DNA from: Eledone cirrhosa
Lineage: Eukaryota
DNA length: 64,000 nt
Direction: 5' to 3'
Assembly: GCA_964016885.1 (NCBI GenBank)
Contig: OZ024743.1
Span: 326,554,001-326,618,000, forward strand
The position numbers were made by a program, and so were the translations under genes. How positions within the stretch are numbered: position 1 is the stretch's first letter; every line of letters starts with the position of its first letter. Positions 56,622 to 64,000 of this stretch are shown here, in pieces. The notes under the pieces were generated by a model. It searched no databases and had not been told where the DNA came from. It worked only from the letters and a program-made list of their open reading frames with translations.

Positions 56622-57165
56622 TCGCCATGTTCATTGCTTCAACATACACGTGCAACCTACTGATACCAGTGTGCCTGAAACAACGCCTCGTTCTATAATA
56701 CAGAACTGTTTATAAGTGATTATATTTATCTTAAAACTTACGATCAGGTTTTCATGTAAAAACGTTTAAGTTATGTTCCAAACGCCATAAAATTATTCCA
56801 GTGCAACATCAATTTAGACATAAAGACCTTTATGTCTATACACTCACACACACACACGCACACGCCCGCACGCATCCACATATGCCCATACACACACACA
56901 CGTACCATCACACGCACATACGCCCATACACACACTCGCACACACACACGCACACACACGCACACGCACACACACACGCTTAGAACATTCAATTACAAAC
57001 CAAAGGTTAGGCATACATTCACACACGAACATATATCACATATTCGATTATAAATTACTTTCTCACCTACTACAACCCGGCTGATACAAAGAACGTTAAC
57101 AAGATACTGCTAGAAGAAGCGATCAAGCTGAAACTTCGAAGTCACTGCCTCTTTTCTGTTCAAAA

Positions 57166-57171
57166 AATAAA
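57166..57171 (+). terminator. Candidate polyadenylation signal of the peptide gene
   Basis: First AATAAA I found after the stop, about 545 nt downstream, followed by GT/T-rich sequence (ttcgtgttttgaatgtttt). Confidence 0.5.
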
Positions 57172-57620
57172 TTTTACACTCAACGTACACGTATTGATTG
57201 CTCATTTAGTTCGTGTTTGAATGTTTTAAATACAATGGTATTTTAATCACCCATTTCCAGTGTGTGTGTGTCGGCTTCAATCGGGGGTAACCACAGTAAG
57301 TAAGGTACTCAATACATTAGTAGAGTGTATACAACAAATTTAATATAGAAATGGCTTCTACAGGACAAGAACTGGTTCATTCGAAGGAAATCATCAGGAC
57401 GAATGAAACAGTTCTAGTCCTACAGAAGCCATTTCTATATTAAATTTGTTATATGCACTCATATATATATGAGTGCATATAGATACACACTTATATGTAC
57501 GTGTGGGTGTTGTGGTGTGTGTGTGTTTGTACATATATATACATAACTATAGAGAGAAAGATGTTTATGTAATATATACAAGTGTCCTTAATAGTATGCA
57601 GTTCCCAGGTCATTAACTTT

Positions 57621-57675
<55 letters not shown>

Positions 57676-57801
57676 CATCCTTGCATTGTATTGTTCTCAT
57701 GTGTTATTTTCCTTGTTGACTCTTTTTTTTTATTTATGTGTGTATACATACATACATACATACCTTGCTAGCAGGCGTTAAAACGATGATGATAATGATG
57801 A

Positions 57802-57874
<73 letters not shown>

Positions 57875-58479
57875 CGTACATAGAGAGAGAGAGAGAGAGG
57901 GAGAGGGGGAGGGGGAGGGAGAGAGAGAGAGGGGGGTAAGAGAGCATTATGCAATATATACAAGTCAGTACCAGTGAATTGATTCTCAGGCCATTACCTT
58001 AACGGAACGATGCCCTACTAAATACTTTGTAGAATGGGAATTAGTGAATATAACTAGCAAACGGTTAGTGGGTTAAACAGATCGTCTGTTACTGAGTTGG
58101 GGTGGAGAAAATGAAAGAGAATGGAAAAGACTGTGCAAAAGACTGGGAAAAGACTGGGAAAACGAGATAACGGAAAATACTAAGGAGTATATTATACATG
58201 TTGTACCGAACCTTTATTTTAAATTTCTTAACAAAACGCGTGTGTTTATTTTCAATATGTTGCACCACCATTGGAGGAGATAATTACCATTTATCACTCA
58301 TACAGGCTTTTGTTTGTTGTTATGATACGGTGACAAAGATAACTAAAGCTTTGCGCTACCATCTTTCTATATATGTGTCCTAACTGCAGTTACTGAGCGA
58401 GGAAAGCTTTCAAACGATTTCAAACCAAAATAAATTACCTGCAAGAGCTGCAATGGCAACACTTTAAGAGTGTTCTAAT

Positions 58480-58558
<79 letters not shown>

Positions 58559-58616
58559 AACACAAATAAACATGTACATACGTATGTAAGAATATGTTGA
58601 GGAAAAACACACACAC

Positions 58617-58800
<184 letters not shown>

Positions 58801-60980
58801 AAGGCGCGTGGCTGAGTGATTAGAGAATTGGATTCGCAATCGTGGTGTTGTGATTTCGATTCCCAGACCAGGCGATGTGTTATGGCCTTGAGCAAGACAC
58901 TTTATTTCACGTTGCTCCTTCTGCCTGGAGTTGTGACCGACAGATAGTATTAGCATTTGGAAAGACCTATGGAAACATTGTTTCCTCGGTCCGATTTGAC
59001 GAGCTCCACACCAGTTGTTAAGGGAATGGGGTCTGGGATCTTGTCGATCGACAATCGATCGATATATATATTATACATAATTAAAATTGTCATGATTATA
59101 CATAACATCTCAATGAAAAGAGATCGTTTAAAAGGTCATATTCAGAGAAGCAAATATATATAGAGAGTATCTTATACACATCACTGCAGGGTAGATCACA
59201 GTAAAGTTCTCAAAAAAAGACTTCACAAGCATCATTCCCTTGGGATATACTCACAAGCGACCTAAATATAGGAAGCCTGACCCCAACTTGTTTACAGTTT
59301 CTGAACTGAAGAATAAATCTGACCATTTCAATAGATTGATATGGCCATCACTACCAGAGCCAGTTCTTCATCGGAGGATTTCTGTAAAATATAAGAATAA
59401 TATAAATACCTGTTGAGGGAAATTTTGTCATCTCTCATCGATCTAGCATGGTGCAATAAAAATACTATTGCAGGCATGCGTAAATCTACCAACGAGTAAA
59501 TATTTGTACATTAATATTAAACCTATTGTGAAGGGTTGTCATAGAGTCTTTGTTTAAAAACTGATGCCAATGAAATTTCAATAAACTCACAAAAGTAATG
59601 CGTTATGTATTCCCAAGATCTTCCATACATCCTGACGTACAACAAAAAATCAACGTGAAATATCTATTCAAATTAAAATGAGGCTCAAATCTAGATGAAG
59701 CTTGGAATTAAATGGAATGGACCTCCGTTGGTTTCGATGATGAATGTTCCAGTTATTCAATCAACAGAACAGCTTGCTCGTGAAATTAACGTGCGAGTGG
59801 CTGAGCATTCTACAGACATGTGTACCCATAACATAATTATAAATTATATTCAACGTGACCCTGTGTGACATGGCTCGTCCATCCGACGAGCTTAAGAAGA
59901 AGAAGAAGAAGAAGAAGATGATGATGGACTCTTTCGTTAATTTCGACGCATGAAGATACAACAATGCTACATGAAACCAGCTTTAGATTTACAAACCAAG
60001 CCGCAATTTTAACAAATGGCGGCACAGTCCGAGAAAATTGGTAACAAGTGAGATGTGGATTCTTCACTTTTCCCTGTTGTCTATTAACTTATATAACCTT
60101 AAAGACTTATTACATTGTAACTTGGTTTTCTCCATAATTCCATAATGTACGATCCTGTGCCATTCTTTCGAATAATATGATGTTCTTCACACATCTACAC
60201 ATACAAAACCTTAGATACACAATCAGTGTTGCATTCTGAAGTCACTGGGTTTTTGGTTCTTACAATATACATAGCCACGTGACTCAACCGAGGTTGATCA
60301 AGCCTCAGTCTGTATCCAAATGATATACATACTTCTAACGCCACTGGTCACTTCTCTTCAGCCATATCCAACTAGATGTCCTCTCTGTGGCTTCCTCTTT
60401 GTTATGGCTCGCCTCTTGCCTGCTTTCGTAAGTATGGTATGGTCCCGTAACTTCTGATAGAGTCGTAGGAGCACCGTAGTAACATACAACGATTCTTCAG
60501 CATTTTAAGCCTGAAGGAGTCCATCCTTCTCCAGGCCAGAGTACAGCAGATTTCTTCCAGAAAAAGACAGAAAGTGAGAGAGGTGGAAATGAGAAAAAGA
60601 TACAGTACTAGACTGGTACTTTTTTTATCAACCTCGAAAGGATGACAGGCAAAGTTGACCTCGGTGGGATTTGAACTCAGAAAGAAGAAAGCCTGAATGA
60701 ATACTGCAAAGCATTTTATCCGACGTTCTAACGACTCTGCCAATTCACCGCCTATTCCGTAAGTATAGTTGAATTGAATAAATTCGATTTCAACTGATCT
60801 TTGCGTGTTCCTACATTTGGTGCGTCCTCATGCAGTTGACTGTCTAGGAGAAATTTCAAGAGGGGTTCAATATCTGAAATATCGCCTTTCTCGGAAAGAT
60901 CAACAGTATAAAATCCGTCTTCCAATGTTCACAGTTGCTACACAAGTAACGTTTATGAAAAGTATCTAATGGTATTTATA

Positions 60981-61049
<69 letters not shown>

Positions 61050-61054
<5 letters not shown>

Positions 61055-61207
61055 AACGAGTAGGACCGACGTTTTGAATTAGCCGTTTGAAACGGCTTGA
61101 GCTCAGCCGTCGGGGTCCTACTCGTTCCTATTACCCACTCTACTACCCTAAGTATTGAGTACTTTAGTGCGTTATGGTCCACCTGGTTCCTTACCACATT
61201 TCCTTCG

Positions 61208-61262
<55 letters not shown>

Positions 61263-61734
61263 CATATATATATAATAACTAGAAATTGATTAACATATAA
61301 ATAAACATGAATAATCACAGGAGATAATTTTTACAAGTGTGTAACCACACATAGCTAGGTAGGTAACTTCTTCCTTGTTGAAAATCCAAGTATCCGCTTC
61401 CGTGGTTTACCATCCGATTAATTGGTGAAATATATTTCTTTAATGGAATATATACAGGGAAGATTAATCATATTATAAGGTATCTATTTTTGAAGTTCTG
61501 GTCAACTTTATTTAGTTACCTACCTAGCTGTTTGTGGTTACACACTTGTAAAAATTATCTCCTGTGATTATTCATGTTTATTTATGTGTTAATCAATTTC
61601 CAGTTATTATAAAATGCTCGGACCTACTCGTTAGAATCTTAGAGCTTATTTTGCGGGTGATATGGCGCATGTCTTTCTGGCATGACACCCATAATTTTGA
61701 TTTGGATTAAATTCATTTGATTTATCTTAATTTT

Positions 61735-61740
<6 letters not shown>
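61050..61740. repeat. Two (TA)n-flanked fold-back elements (hairpin 61051-61130; arms 61274-61367 and 61515-61610)
   Basis: Inverted arms read directly; both carry a similar motif, cctactcgtt. Confidence 0.7.
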
Positions 61741-61816
<76 letters not shown>

Positions 61817-62777
61817 ATTATTATTATACCTACTTTTATACCTATATATATATATATATATATTATACCTATATATTTATATATTATACCTATATATTTA
61901 TATATTATTATACCTATATATATAGGTATAAAAGTGTGGCTGGGTATGTGTATCTGTACTAAGGGATTCGCCTAAGCTCCAAAGCCCCCAAGCCATTGCT
62001 GTGAAGATATATATCACACTCTACTTTGTCTAGTCTAAACAATAACTTCTCCAAACACCCACTTTACTTTTCTTTAAAAATAACACCTACCTAGTTTTAT
62101 GTCTGCACTATACTTGGATTTGGGGGCCTCTGTCGTATATATATATGCACTTGTGCGTACATATATATATATACACACCTGTATGGATCTGTGTGTGTGG
62201 ATGTGTGTGTGTGTGTGTGTCTGAGGGGGTAGGTGTGAGTGTATGTACAAGTCAACCAACATAGGTCTTTTTATTTCTAAACTCTCTAAGTATTTGACTC
62301 TTACCATAATTTTCAGTATTATCATCCCACATAAATTCCACAATTTGTATGTGTGGATGTGTGTGTGTGTGTCTGTGGGGGTGGGTGTGAATGTATGTGC
62401 AGGTCAACCAACATTAGTCTTTTTATATGTAAATCTTCTAGTATTCTACTCTAACCATAAATTCCTCAATTTAAGATTGACCTGTAGTATCGAATTTCAT
62501 ACTATAAACCCCAATTGAATATATATATGACCAGGAATGCTTTTTGTGAAAATCAGTCATATAGAACTATTGTCATCTTGCCTGATGGTTTGAACTTTAC
62601 AACACCACCTGCCTCTTTGAGGTCAAATACCAACCCTACTAGCATCTACAAACTGACCAATGAGAATTAAGACTATTCCTGCTGACAACATTAAATTATT
62701 CCTAACAAGCTCATATGTCCCAAGGCTCTGATACCATCAACACTATAAACAGAGCTGGCATATCTAAAAACTGACTA

Positions 62778-62833
62778 ACTGCCTGATGAGGTCATAGCCA
62801 CTCAATGGCTATCATCGAAATATATATAGCAGT
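62778..62833 (+). ncRNA. Hammerhead ribozyme at the 3' end of a degraded PLE
   Basis: ACTGC-CTGATGA-ggt c ATAGCCA ctcaa TGGCTAT c atc-GAAA-TATATA-TA-GCAGT. Upstream, about 62578-62597 encodes LPDGLN, resembling the PxGLN end of PLE GIY-YIG domains. Confidence 0.75.
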
Positions 62834-62889
62834 AAATAAAGGATTATGAGTTCATGTAATTGACTTATGTTTCGTCACTATATATGTAT

Positions 62890-62920
<31 letters not shown>

Positions 62921-63128
62921 AAAGAATTAAACGAAATTTTATTTCTCACTCTTAGTACGGCTGATACTTAAATGTAAGTATGTATGTACACATATGTATA
63001 CAGACGTACAGTAGTAAACCCATACGTACATATATATATATGTGTGTGTGTGCATGTATGTGTATATATACATACTACTGTACGTCTGTATACATATATG
63101 TATGTACGTGTACATACATACTTACATT

Positions 63129-63165
<37 letters not shown>

Positions 63166-64000
63166 AATACAATATCGGAGAAAGGTTTTTAGCGATACTC
63201 CGGCCAAATTCCAACTCACTCAACAAAAATTAGGAAATAAGTGATTATATTCCCAATTATGTGTTCGGGGTGCTAACTATAAGTATTGCGTGGAAAATTG
63301 GCTGTATTATTTCAAATGAGACATATCTAATATATCTCTTCCCAGACGGACGTCTCGTTTCATTATAGGACTCCTACAATTTGGGTGAAATTATACCAAT
63401 TTATGTAGGAGCTTGTATACCATCAATAGATATATATTCAAGTGGGCTCCTATAATTCATCAGTGGGTGCCCCAATAATACTAATATTGATAATCTAACC
63501 AACATCAGCAATTAGCGATAATCACTTTCTGTGCCTGAGGTATCTGTCAGGTAGCCAGTCCAGTTCTGAATGAAGTGCTCGAACTGATTCAAAAAATGAG
63601 GAAGTGAATTACCGCCAAAAAAAACAATACATGCGCGTGACAATGAGCTCTGAAAGGAATTCAGGCCACGTGCTAAGAACTCAATTGGAAATTGAAAAAA
63701 TATCTATGTGTGTACAACATTTGATGACACACACAGATATTTTCTCGGGCAAAATAACAGAATGAGATATAAGGAAGAATCAATATTCATATATAAAAAA
63801 TAAACAAAGAAATGCTAATCTTATACCGGGAATTTACACTAGCGGCCTCCTGGCTTTTTCCCGGTCTGTACTGTGCTCAAATTTATTTATAAGGCGCCTA
63901 TTGGAATCTATCGTAATGCCCATTTTCCTTGATATAAAAGATGTTAAAAGGTATTTAAATATTGCATAGCACAATTTTAAAATTTTATTTAGAATATCTA

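Noticed and set aside
60378-60433. ATG...C|GTAAGT resembling a first exon of a paralogous peptide gene
   Set aside because: Weak signal-peptide character, adjacent to a LINE RT remnant, and no matching downstream exon seen.

Overview
Eukaryotic, AT-rich, microsatellite-saturated animal DNA. The SINE, LINE and Penelope content and the (TA)n/(CA)n density suggest a cephalopod such as Octopus (inference). Most of the window is mobile-element debris and tandem repeats. Two things stand out. (1) A three-exon + strand gene that the ORF track misses (ATG at 33616-33618, exon 46456-46637, exon 56552-56621). It splices in frame to an 84-aa secreted precursor, MVKNMFIFLSLLLLQGVMVDA-VCRAAEVCLINFSKCAKNFGIQCCKPYKPCIKDKCAIENASCSYH-KRR-STVEMGEEIKLQRRN: signal peptide, 45-aa 8-Cys knottin-like mature peptide, tribasic cleavage site and C-terminal propeptide. 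(2) A nearly intact Penelope-like retroelement (RT + GIY-YIG, 308-bp pseudo-LTRs, one nonsense codon) and more than a dozen fold-back elements inserted in (TA)n. At least seven unrelated families carry minimal type-I hammerhead ribozyme motifs, several with a U3-A8 swap of the conserved C3-G8 pair. Each intron of the peptide gene holds a multi-kb E-box-rich minisatellite. Everything was read by eye with no database searches, so family names are best matches from memory and repeat boundaries are approximate.
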